NCBI RefSeq assembly: GCF_036321535.1
Contig: NC_087437.1
Location: 107,758,001-107,822,000 of the forward strand
Source: Camelus dromedarius
Lineage: Eukaryota
Direction of reading: 5' to 3'
Length of the DNA stretch: 64,000 bases
Positions 1 through 12,121 of this stretch are shown piece by piece; position 1 is the first letter of the stretch, and the number at the start of each line of letters is the position of its first letter. The translations under genes and the position numbers were made by a program. The notes under the pieces are model-generated. The model was not told the DNA's origin, did no database searches, and saw only the letters and a program-made list of their open reading frames with translations.

Positions 1-496
1 GTCTATTGCATACCAAACTCTTAGCTATAAAGATTCATAGCCTGTACACTGGCCTGGCTGTCATTTGAACTTGGAGTTAATACTTTTTCATTTGGGATTA
101 ATGAGAAAGCAAAACTATTTGTCAGAAAACTGCCAAGCATGCTAAATTTAAATTTACAACTTCTACTGCAGAAAATGTTCATTTTCTCAGGGCTTTTGGA
201 ACCCTGAATTTTCACCCATTCGTATTACACACATTTCCTCCGCAGTTATCCTTCTTGCCTTCCTTCTTTTGGCAAGACTCACCTTGTTGTGAATTTCCTC
301 CACGTGGGCAGAAAGGTTAAAGCAATAAGAACCTGCGGTTGCTGACCTTCCTTGTAACCTGGTTTCTGAAGGCACTTACGTTGACGTGGCAGCCTGATTC
401 TCTAGAGCTTACAGGAAAACTCCATGCTGCTCCGGAAGCGGCTGTGAGCCAGCGGCTGTGAACTTGTGGCCCAACCACAGGGAATCGGGAACTTCT

Positions 497-612
497 GAGT
501 TAGAGCCCAGACTCAGCTGAACCTCACGGAGTGATCTCAGGCAACTTACTTAAACATTTGCCTGTCTCTCATTTTCCAGCTGTAAAACAGGGAAAAGTAA
601 TACTTCCTCATT
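497..612 (+). mobile_element. MIR SINE fragment
   Basis: Core resembles MIR: gtgatctcaggcaacttacttaaac...tctctcattttccagctgtaaaacaggg...taatacttcctca. Confidence 0.75.
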
Positions 613-859
613 CAAGCTAGGCAGTTTGTAAGTTATTCCGGCTATACTTTGGGTTAGTGTTCATGTATTTTTGTTTGTTTGCTTTGTTTTTTAATAACAG
701 CTTTAAGGGCAGAATGGGATTGAAATTTCATTTTTTAAAGATCGCCATATGAAAACTGCAGTACTTTGAAGCGAACTAAATTGTCATGTATATAGAAATT
801 TGCATGAATAACCTTTTTTGAGTCATGCTGTTAACACTCATTAGGTATTTCCCTGACAA

Positions 860-997
860 TTAGAATGTGACTCCAATGAGGACAGGGTTTTTGGGTTATT
901 TTTTATCCTTACTAGATCTCCACAATTTAGAAAAATGCCTACCATATAACAGATGCCCAATAAGTATTTGCTGAATAACTGAATGAACAAATGAAGA
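860..997 (+). mobile_element. L2 LINE 3' end
   Basis: Typical L2 tail: aatgtgactccaatgaggacagg...cccaataagtatttgctgaataactgaatgaacaaatgaa. Confidence 0.8.
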
Positions 998-1020
998 AGT
1001 GAAAAATTAAAAAAAAGATT

Positions 1021-1055
1021 CAAGAATATTCTAGACAAGAATATTCTAGACAAGA
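1021..1055. repeat. 15-bp tandem duplication (caagaatattctaga x2 plus caaga)
   Basis: Exact copies at 1021-1035 and 1036-1050. Confidence 0.95.
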
Positions 1056-1594
1056 GTTCTTGATTTTACTATATACAGGATTTTTCTTAATTAAGCAAGA
1101 ATTTTATTATATTACATTATAACCATATCAAAACATAACAATTAAATATAAAAATTGAAATTATAAATGTATGATACTATAGAATGTTTTACTCACTTTT
1201 TGGGTACATACAATCCTATCCTGTAATAATCTAAGGAACAGAATTTAATTTACGGAATTCCTGCTCTGTATACTTTCATATCTTAAAGATTCATAAAGCA
1301 TTTATTAATCCTTTTTTCATGACATGCATTGATTCAGAGATGTTATAACAGCAGAGAAAGTTACTTGACAAAAATGTATAAGGAAGTTATTTGATTGGAA
1401 GAGATATTTTTGGAATGTGAAAAGGATGAAAAAATTTATACAAAAGAAAGCTGTAAAATTAGGCATTGACAAAATGCCAGAATACACTTCTAAAATCATT
1501 TTATTTGATGGCAAAATCCATTTTTTTGTTATTTATAAGTGTTGTCTTAATATTTTAAAATAATTTTACATTTACCCAGTTGGCCCCTGGAATT

Positions 1595-1645
1595 TTCACT
1601 TTTTAATCAATTTCCGTAGTATTGTAAAGTTGATTAAAAAGTGAA
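1595..1645. repeat. Perfect 16-bp inverted repeat with 19-nt spacer
   Basis: ttcactttttaatcaa (1595-1610) is the reverse complement of ttgattaaaaagtgaa (1630-1645). Confidence 0.95.
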
Positions 1646-2265
1646 TCAGTTAGAGAAGGGTCTCAAGTTAGAAACCAACTAAGTAAGGAGAAAAAAGGAA
1701 GCTAAAGGGAAGAGGCCTACAAAATATATGAACAATTAGATACAGTTTTTAGCTTTTACTTTACCATAATCTTTCAGTGGTTCTAAAGGAAAAACATTAT
1801 AGTGGTGGAGATTAGATTGAAATAAGGAGAGAATTTCTTATCCTTTTACTTGAAAACAATGTGTTTGTCAGCCTGAGTACATATTCTTTTCCTGTGGGAA
1901 TTCAAGAATTGCATTGGTAATGACTCATTTACTGGGGGGTGGAGGGACTGACCCAAGTGAGGTGGGGGTTTAAGTTACATGAACTTGCCATAATTCTTAA
2001 TGAGCACTAAAGAAAAACCCTCTTTGATGTAGATATGTTTTAAAAATATTCTAGGAGGGAAGATTGCTGTTGACATTTTGCCCTGAACATAAATGACTTT
2101 CAAAAAATACTCAGGTTCTTATTAAACTTCTTTTCTGTGTTCTTTAACATTCTTCTGAATACAGTGGCTAAAAGCCTCCATCGAGTGCTAATGGCTTTAA
2201 CATCCCTCATCTCCAGTTAACCTTTTTTTAATAATAAGCAAGGATATTTAGAAACAATCCTTGCA

Positions 2266-2849
2266 TGTGTTTTCTATTGCTGCTGTAACAAACCGCCTCA
2301 GACTTAGTGCTTTCAACAACACCAGTTTATGATCTCACAGTTCTGAAGGTCGGAAGTCTGGGTGGGCTCGCTGGATCCTCTGCTCTGGGTTCACAAGGCC
2401 AAAAACAAGGTGTTGGGAAGCCAGGGCTTTTATCTGGAAGCTCTGAAGGAGAATCTACCTCAAAGCTCATTTTAGTTCCAAGCAGAATCCAGTTCCTTGT
2501 GCTTGTAGGATTGAGGTCCCCGTCTCCTTGCTGGCTGTCACCTGGGGCCTGCTTTTAGCTTCTAAAGGCTTCTCTCTGGCCTTTGCATGGACATCTGCAT
2601 CTCAGAATCAGCGACAGAACAGCAAATCCTTCTCACACTGGGAACCCCTCCGTCTCCTCTAGTTTTTCCTCCAGCCAGGGAAAGTTTTTAATTTTAAGGG
2701 CTCATGTGATTAGACTGAACCACCCTCCATAACTCAGGATAATCTCCTCCTCTTCCTAATCATGTCCACATTTTTTTTTTATCGTTTAATATAACTTAGT
2801 CACAGGTTGAGGGGGTGCATATCTCCAGAAAGCCATTCTGCCTGTCACA
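2266..2849 (-). mobile_element. MaLR solo LTR (MLT1 family)
   Basis: Starts ttttctattgctgctgtaacaaa...cttagtg...ctcacagttctgaagg and ends ccattctgcctgtcaca, matching the reverse strand of MLT1 LTRs. Confidence 0.9.
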
Positions 2850-5800
2850 TTCCTGAATCTACTAATCGGTAGAAATGTTAGAATAAATGGACCAAAAATA
2901 CTTGTCATAACCTAGAGATAACAAACTTGGAATATTAATAAAAAACCATGGAATACAAAAGACATTTTAGACACAGGAAATGCTGGGGCTAATACTTTGG
3001 GAGACTTGACTTGGCTTGAATGGTGAGGAGATTTTTCCCTAAGTGAGGAAGTAAGAAAGATGTAGGTCATTCAAGTAATCTGGATAGAACAATAAAAATT
3101 TAGGGGCAAACCTTAAAGGAGTTATAAAAAATGAAGCATGCTGGAGCCTTTACACCAAAGAATTGGAGGAACTGGATTCCATGGTGACCAGAACTAGTGA
3201 TTGCAAATCATTTATTAGAAGTTAAGCATAATACTACTAAAAACTCACATTGGCCTATTGCTGTATAACTTTAAAAATGCTTTTAGTCAAAAAAGTACTG
3301 TACGATGCAGTCCATAATTTTCTTGGAATTTTACTCTTACTTTTGTGTTTTAGCCAAAACACTGAACATAAAATACATGCATTCAGCCATTCAATTTTCT
3401 GAGGATTTAAGTAGCACATTTATTTTATCAAGAGAAGATGCACCTCTCAATAAATACACTAGAATACCTCAAGTATAGAAAAATTACATAACTACCTCTC
3501 AGATAAAGACTTTTGAAGTGATTTGCACGGTCTTGGGTAAGAATTTGCCCATCTGTTTCAATGTCCAAAAAGTCCTCTTTGAGGATTATAAATTCTGTAG
3601 GCATCTTGGTAGAGGAACATCACGTTGGCAGTCAAGAGAGCACTTGCGTATGCATATCATATTTAGAGATGTTTTTCTTTAAGGTTATCTTTCTAATCTT
3701 ACTGTACCATTATAATACTTTCCTGGCTTCCCAACTGGATTTGATATTCTTTTGTGCTAAAAGGTGATTCATAAGCCTGGTTCCCCAGAGTCTGCTCACC
3801 CATAAATAAATTGAACATTTTAAGCAACCTACCCTGATAATGTAGAGGTTCAGACCCAAGGCTTGATCTCATCCATTTTCCCAAGTTGTAGATACGCAGC
3901 TGAGTTAATCCGGATACAGATTTTTTAAAAAAAAAATCATCTCTGAATTTAATAAGAAACTTGAAAATTAGAAAGAATGAGATGATCCTTCTATCAGAAT
4001 TCTGGCCAACTGAGATCATAATCTAGCTTAATTGAGTGGATTCTAATCCTGCTTCACCAAATAACTACTTTTTTTTTTTTTTCTTTTTTGCTTCCCTGCT
4101 TGCTTCATGGTTTTAAATCCAGCTCATTGGTTTCCGTCTTGGACACAGTGTCCTTGTGTTACTGTTACTGGTTGTGGTACCTGGCTGGTAGATTTTTAAG
4201 TGTATCATGCACAGGTGAGAAACCTGTGATGCTCCCATTTTTTAATGACTATTTTGAAAGAACACTTTTACTTTCTGCTACTTCTCTCCCTTCTCGCTGC
4301 TTCCTAAATAAAGCAGGCTCATTCCGACTGCAAGACCTTGTTTCCTCCTTTCTGAAATGCGCAGTCCGTGACCATCACATGACTGCTTTGCTGTCCCTCA
4401 GAATCAGTTTAGTTGCCACCTCCTAGGAGTTCTATTCTGTCCACCACATATAAAGTATACACCCATCTCTACAGTGTCACTTCAGTCCAGCTTAGACCTA
4501 GTCACTTGTCTCCTTCATCTTTTAAAAGTTTCCTATTTATTTATTGTTATCTCCTGTTATAGTAATATTAATGAAAGGAAAGATAAATAGGCGGGAATAT
4601 ATAATTTCGGCCTTCCATTTCTGAACTTTCCTCAAGACAAGGTGATATGGCTAACCTCTAATTCCATATTTCTACTATTGGTCCATTAGAACACACGTTC
4701 AAAACAAAACGTTTCTAGCTCAACTTTGGATATGGATATGATATAAACAATACCCTAAGGCAGTAATGTCTCTGGCTGCTTCCAAATCCCATTGCCATTT
4801 TCCACCCTCTGCATTCTCCAGTTGCCCTGTAGGGCTCTTATCAAGATCCATTCTCCCATGTTACTACCCTGGGTTTGCAACTTATTTTTTACCCACTACC
4901 TTCTCATCAACGGCTCACATTGGAAAGAAGTTGAGGTCTCTATGCTGATGTATCAATGAGCCCCTGGCCAGAGTGTTAAGCCTCCTCTAGTATTTCAAAC
5001 ATCGTATGTTTTCTTCACATAAGTTATTCACTATCATATCATAGACTGTCATATTTTCCAAGAAATACTCTGTAATGGTTACAGTTCAAGGCAAAGCTGA
5101 TGTGAGAGTGATTTCTGAGAAGAGGGTTCATTTTTTTTAACTTTTCACAAACATCAATCTGAAAACAGTTACAGAAACCCTGGGGACAAACAGGCTGACA
5201 CTTTTCCATTGCTCATCACCTCATGGAAGCTGCAGCAGACGGCCACCCCACAAGTCACAGGCATGAGTTTTCTGTGGTCATTGCCAGAGCACCATCTTTC
5301 TGGAGTCTTCTGTTGTTTATATGACTTCTGTATGCATTTTTGGTTGCTGTGTAGGAAATGGAGTTGTTGTCAATGCTTTTCTTTGATTTAGCAAATACAC
5401 AATATGTCCTTGGGAAGTCAGAGATTCCTTTTGAGTTTTTAAAGAAGAGATTCAGTGTATTCAGAACCCTGGAATCCATTTCCAAAGCCTCAGAAGGTAG
5501 GGGGAAAGGGTGTAACCACTGGCCACAGACTGGTTCCTGTTAGGATGGGTGAGAGAGAGGGGGGAGCTTGACTTTCTATTTCAGTGTTTAAAACAATTTT
5601 CCGAGGAAAAATATCTTTTCAAAATCCTTTGAAGTATCCAGGGAGTTTTTTCTCCTTAGTGATTATTCTACAAAGGTAAGGGGATGATTCAGCCAAATCT
5701 GTGCTTTTTCATTTGGATAAACTTTTGGTGGCCTCTACTGAAAGTTTTGAGCTTCCAACATTTTGCACTCTCTGCCCAGCTGTTATATTATCAAAATGTA

Positions 5801-7599
5801 CTTTTAGAATATATTCTGGGAAGATAAGTCCTTCTAAGTACTTCTGTAACAAGTGTCTCTATAAAACTGAATAGCAATAGTAGCATTAAAAACATTAGAA
5901 ATGCATGTTTGCACTAATAAAGGGAAGATCTGCGTTGCCTCCTAATTGTAGTTATTTTCCAAAATAAATTTGAGCTTCAGATGTGTTTGCTTAAGGGTGT
6001 GATGGAACTAATATTCTTCCTTTTGTGGTAAAAAATTACTTGAACACTGTCTGTGTGTGGTTTTTCTTTTCTTTTCAAAGGAAGTACATTCTAACCATTG
6101 CTTAATATCTGGCAGTCATTTAAGCAAAAGAAAGAATCATTTCATATTCTTTGCATCATTTTCCATCCAAATAATAATATCAAAATACCCAGACACTGGT
6201 TATGAAAATATAGAAATTGTGACAACAGCCAATTAGTTCCCAGAAAGTCTTACAGTTTCATAAAATTTTCCATAATAATCATGCATTGGAAAAATCTCCT
6301 GATACAAACACGAGTCATAGTAAGGCTAATAGGTCAAATGAACCTAAACTCTCTTCTTATTTCCAAGAAAGAAAGCACATAGTCTCAAACAGCATTCACA
6401 GAACAAGAATGACAAAAATCAATATATAGTCAATACATAATAATTGTGTGATAGGCATGTTATTATATTCATATTTACATGAAGGGATTGTTGAAAGCCC
6501 CAAATATTTCAGCAGCCAGTGTATCTCTGGCCTGAGGTAGGATGCAGGAGGGGAAATTCACACTGTTTTCCAAATTGTTTCAGTGCAACTATCTAGTTGC
6601 TTCCAGGACTGATCAATGGTTCCTATAAGATTGTGCCTTGGAAGGGATCACCTCTTAGACAATATACTTTCCTTCTGACTCTGTGTGGTGGAGATGAATA
6701 GGAAAAGGGAAATTTTAGGATTGAGAAGCTGATTTGTTTCCCAACCTTCCTTTCTTAGAGTAACTTTGAGGATTTAAATAAATACCTTGTAAAGTTAAAT
6801 AATATATGTTCTGCCTACAGAATACTTTGTAAATGTTATATTAATATTAATGGCTAGACTTGTATTTTTCAGCAGCTGTATTTCTAGCCTCCAGCAGTGA
6901 GATGCTATCGTAAGTCCTTTCTCACATGTTTAGTGAAAGTCATCACTTTTAAAAGAACTTTTCATGAATGACATTCCTCTTGACCACTTCACACCTAGTA
7001 TTTTGGGTCTCAGTTCTTGGTCAGCCATTCTGTTAATTTGGCGTGAACGAAATAAATAGCTGGTTTAAGATCCTGCTAAGTTGGACCAAGTTAACTCCTC
7101 CTCTCTCTCATCCTCTCTCTCTCTTACTCAACACAAATATACCATTTGTTTTCTATTGAGATATTGACTAAGACAATATTGGGACAAAAGCAGAAATATG
7201 CTGTACATAAAGATTTTCATTTAAATAATAATGCAAATATTTTCATTTCTGAAAATATTCCCTATGTAGACTAGTTCTATTTTTTTCCACAGTACTCTTT
7301 ATTCAAATAAAATCTCAAAAGCAAATGAAATGCAAAAATCCTAGGCCTCATTTATGATTGACTACACACTTTTTTATATTACCAGATATGTTGACAAGAG
7401 ATCCACTGATTTGAGCAGATTAAACATGAGTCATCAAAGAGCATCCCCATTTGTGTTTGGGACCCAGAATGGTGCCCTGACATGCACCCAAATCCAAACA
7501 CTTAGCTACTGGGAAAAGACTGAAAACAACAATTTATATGTATCAAAACTTCCATATCTCTGTCTTTTAGGTGTGTGAAAAGATCGCGATATTTTGTCC

Positions 7600-7880
7600 C
7601 AAAGACAGTTGTTGTAGTCATTTGACTTGATTTGGTCAATGGAATTAGAGCAGAAGTGGCATGTTACTGCATCTGGAAGAAGCAGTGAGCCTGTTGGCCA
7701 TTTGTTAAGCTGCCGCCTTTCTCCAGTGCTTGAAAAATCATAGAAGCACACATCAAAATGAAGTTTCTACCATCATGGGGCCTTGAATAATTTCAAAAGT
7801 AGAGTCCCTCTGTCAAAATAGTATGTTTTAAAGTAGTCGTAATAGTAGTAATATTTAGGATCTGTAAGTAATACACTTTG
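7600..7880 (+). mobile_element. Old MLT1-type LTR fragment
   Basis: catttgacttgatttggtcaatggaattagagcagaagtggcatgttact is an MLT1I/J-like motif. Confidence 0.6.
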
Positions 7881-7959
7881 CTCTGTCAATTTACTGAGTT
7901 TGAGAAATGTTTTTGCTATTTCAACACAATTTTGCCTATCCTGACGGGTCATAACTATC

Positions 7960-8190
7960 ATCACCACCAAATATCCACACCTCTTCTCTCTTTTTTCTCT
8001 CCAACTCGATACCCCCTTGGCCATAAAATGGTTACAGATGCCACCAGCTATTATGTGACCTCCTATGTTCTGCACATGGAGCGCAAATATCCAATCCCCA
8101 CCTTGTGGCTAGAGCCTACACAGAGGAAGAGGAGACGGCCCTCTTCCAAACACTGCGTCACTTGGACAGCCAAAGAACTCTGCTGGCTTT
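7960..8190 (-). mobile_element. Old MLT1-type LTR fragment
   Basis: ggccataaaatggttacagatgccaccagc... resembles the reverse strand of old MLT1 LTRs; highly diverged. Confidence 0.45.
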
Positions 8191-8360
8191 TCATTTTTAC
8201 AGCATTTGTTTCTAATAACTTTGTTAGCTTTGGTCATTGTTCTTGGCCTGGTTATTTTGAAACTTTCACCTATCTTCAAGATGCTAAATTCCAATTATGA
8301 GACTAACCAAAGGAAAATATACTGTATAATTTTTCCCACTCTCCTATGCTATTTCTTGTC

Positions 8361-8381
8361 TCACACACACACACACACACA
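8361..8381. repeat. (CA)n microsatellite
   Basis: About ten CA units seen directly. Confidence 0.95.
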
Positions 8382-9969
8382 AACCTCTCTTTTGTTCAGT
8401 TACAAAGCAATATTCACATGCTAATCAATGAATGCAAACATTGGTTTGAGGTGAGAGTTGGCAGACAGGATATTTACACTAGTGTATTCTGAGCCCCACC
8501 TCACCAATCCCAAAAATACTGCATCCCAACAATAAAAAGGATAATCTGGAACCTGATGCCACTCTTTCTTCTTCCTGTTCTGCTAGAGGCTGGATAGGAC
8601 TTCACACCCAACAGACTATAAAAGCTTTTAAACTGAATGAGTAATATCTCATTGTAGCTGGGAATTATTATTTAGTTTCATCAATTCTTTACTGTTAGAT
8701 TAGAGTGTTTACAATACTTTGCCTTTCTATGGAATGTTAATACATTTTAGGGAGTACTTCCACTGTATGTTAATATCCCAGCTTGCACAAAGTTATAATT
8801 TTAAGCATAAGCATAAACATGAAAACCTCAGATTGGAATGGTCTCTGTCCATTACTTGCTTATAGTTTATATATTTTTTTAAAAAGTTGTATTCATAGCA
8901 TAATATATTTTATGATACATTTTATTCATTAAAAAGAAACAAAGCCTAGCAGAAAAACATAATTTGACTCTCTTATTTCATGAGTAATGATATAAGCCAC
9001 AGATTAGTCAACATGGCTGGCATTGGATAGTAATGTAAAGCTGTGATGTCAAAGGGCCTTTGATCTAACTTCCCCAATACTTTGAAATCTATTGCACATG
9101 TCTTTTATTATAGGTAAGTGAAATATTATGTTTTCATACACTATTAGATGCATGTGTGTTTATGTGAGTATGTAGGACACGTTCAGAGAAGATAATAATC
9201 AACCTATGCAGAGAGAGGTTATTCTTTACAGCAATTGGTAAATTCCTATCGAGGGGTGTGGGGTGGTGGAGGGGACTAGACAGATGTAGTAGAAAAGCGT
9301 TGCCTTAATTGCTTCCCTGACAATGGCTCCCGGATCCCTTCTGTTCCCAGCATCTTTGAGAAGGAACATGTGTTTCTCTCCATCTGCTTTTACCTTTCCA
9401 GTAACTCTTTCTTAGAAGGAAAGTTAGGCTGCCATTTCTTGTTCTTTTCCCATCTACTTTCTATGTTCCAGAAACTTCTTAGGATTTCCTCCTTGTTTGT
9501 GACACAGTTTCTTATTTTAGCCCTATTATTGAAAAATTTAGAATACAATATTTTATTGGCATTTCAAATTTTGGGGGCAGAGGTATGTGTTCAATCTGCC
9601 ATCCAAATCCAATCTGAAGCCAATTTTGAAAAGATTCTGTAAACCTTTCAGCAAAGACAGTTGTATTTTAAATCTATAGAATTTCCACCTACTAAATTTA
9701 TGAAAATATATTTGAGGCCAGTAACGCTGATAGAATATATTTAAAATAGACATTTGACTTTTTAAATATTGTATTGATACAAATAAATTGACTTTTTAGA
9801 TTCATGGAATTCATTCAAGGATTTTGTTCTAAAATGTGCTCTTTTCCATAATACATTTTATTGATTAACTTAATATTTGCTATATTTCACGTATTCAAAT
9901 ATTTGTAGAGGTTGTACAATTGACATAATATGCTATGATATACACATGAGTGTGAAATAGACACATTAA

Positions 9970-10110
9970 TACTGCTAGCTAATATTTATTGAACACTTAA
10001 CATGTAAAAGCATTGCACTAACCATTTTATAAGCTCTTTCTCATGCAATATTTACCAGCCAATCTCGGAGATAGAAATAATTACTAGCTTTATTTTGCAT
10101 GAAAAATAGT
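9970..10110 (-). mobile_element. MIR fragment
   Basis: agctaatatttattgaacacttaacatgt...gcattgcactaaccatttta. Confidence 0.7.
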
Positions 10111-10544
10111 GGAATTTTAGTGTAACAAGTCTTAAAAATATCTATGTACAAAGGCCAGTGATAATAAAAATGAGGGAATCAAAGTTTGCATAAAGAAACA
10201 CATAAGACCTGGATCTTATACAATGAGGATTTGTCAAACAAAAGATGAATGAGAGTAAAAGCTATTTCAGAGGAAAAGGGAAGGGAATCATCTTTACAGA
10301 GGCTCAAATGCTTATCAATATTTCAATGTGGTTTGATTAAAGAGTGCCAAGAAACCCTGGAGGTGATGCTGGCCGTATTCAGAGCGTGGATTCGAACTGT
10401 ATTTACACACGAGGAAGAAGCCATAAAAAAATATTATGGCAGTAACTCTATTAGACTGGAATTTTAGAATAAAAACTGGTGCTTTATACACAACTTAATA
10501 CAGTTTATTTTAAATCTTTTGCTTTTCTTTTTTGGCAACAGGTT

Positions 10545-10775
10545 AGGCATTTTTGAAGTGCTTATCATGTTCTAGATCTTAATAATTTCCTAAGTTACTC
10601 TGTATCATGTGATTTCCAACAAGTTAATAGACTAAATAGGAATAAACTCATTTTAAAAATGAAGCATGTGAGGCCCAGAAAGGATAAACAAATTGCTCAC
10701 AACCACATGGTTTATAAGTGGTGGGTCCAGGATGTGAAACTATCAGACTCTAAAACTTGGCCACTACTTATCAGA
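10545..10775 (-). mobile_element. MIR fragment
   Basis: cattttaaaaatgaagcatgtgaggcccagaaaggataaacaaattgctcacaaccacatgg. Confidence 0.75.
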
Positions 10776-10970
10776 AGCCAGCAGAGATTGGAGCCCATAA
10801 CGTATTCTAGAACATACTTATACATGGTTAGTATCCACTAGATATTTGAAAAAAATGAATAAAAAAGTTGTCTAATATACAAAATGTACTTTATTTCATG
10901 GTAATAAATTACCATGTAATTTAGCATGGCGAAAGACAAGTAAAAAGAATTAGCTGCAATCAGCTGGCTA

Positions 10971-11067
10971 TTTTTTTAAGTTTTTTTCTTAAATGGAGGC
11001 ACTGGGGATTGAACCCAAGACCTCATGCATGCAAACATGCACTCTACCACTGAGCTACACCCTCCTC
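10971..11067 (-). mobile_element. Vic-1-like camelid tRNA-derived SINE
   Basis: Minus strand reads gagggtgtagctcagtggtagagtgcatg...gaggtcttgggttcaatccccagtgcctcc with Pol III A and B boxes and an A-rich tail. Confidence 0.9.
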
Positions 11068-11929
11068 CTAATTGGCTGTTATTTATAGCTTACTTTAAAT
11101 CATAAAATGCTATAAATAGGCAGAAAAAATATCCTCAAAAGTGCTCTAACATTATCCACATTTGAGAGTAAATAATTTTACTTCTGGAACAAAGCTAACT
11201 CAGAGCATTTATGCTCATAACTGGCTTTCTGATTTTCAAATGTTTAGGTCATGAATTTTGGTCCCATCATTTGTTTTTGTTTGCACTTCCTTTTATCATT
11301 GCATTGGCCATTTAAATCTCATGTTTTAGAGTGACCTTCCTTCTGTTACCACCTCCCCATTAGATGTGGGAAAGCTTTAATATTGCCAGATGATTTCCCT
11401 ATATTTGTATAACCAACTGCTTGTGAATTTTGTGGTGCTGGACATCTACAAATAGTGAGCATCTGGTGAAACACTTCAGACTGAAAGAAATTTCATTTTC
11501 AACAATCATCTGAGTGGCCTGGTTCTCTTTCTCTTCTCCAAGTTACATATACTGACCCTAAAAATGTAACTGTAAATGTATTTAAAAGAAATTGTAGCAT
11601 GCTTTATTTTTATATCCAATGTCTTGCACTGGAGCAGCAAGCCAAAGACCAGAGTGGTACTAGGAAAATTCCTGGAAAATATGAACGTGAGACTCTTATC
11701 TTATATAGTCATGTTGGCCATTATTGGTCAAAGCCACCGAGAGCAAGGCATAGATGTGAAAGAATTTCCAGAGCTCCAGCCTGCAAGTCAGACATGCCCA
11801 ATAACCATGTTCTGAGACCACTTTAGTCACTCACAAGCTCACCTTAAAAGGTTAATCCCTTAGTGAATATTTTAGCCCATGGGACTATAAGAATTTGTAA
11901 GAATTTTGTTTGTTTTGTTGCATATTTTT

Positions 11930-12121
11930 AATAATACCACTTCCACCAACAGTGCTCCAACAAAGCCCCCAATATCCACCAAGAACCACTACACAATAAT
12001 CACCATACCACCCCCACCCCCACTAACATCATCCCCCAAGACGAGCAGCAGCACAAATACCATCATCATTACTACCATCACCACCACCAACACCATGACA
12101 ATTAACACCACCAACAACAAT
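11930..12121. repeat. Degenerate (CAC/CAT/CAA)n low-complexity trinucleotide tract
   Basis: accaccaccaacaccatg, catcatcatt, caacaacaa; accounts for the Thr/Pro-rich and Val-rich ORFs in the track. Confidence 0.85.

Noticed and set aside
10893..10920. Short palindrome catggtaat-aa-attaccatg
   Set aside because: Nine-bp arms in AT-rich DNA are plausible by chance, with no supporting context.
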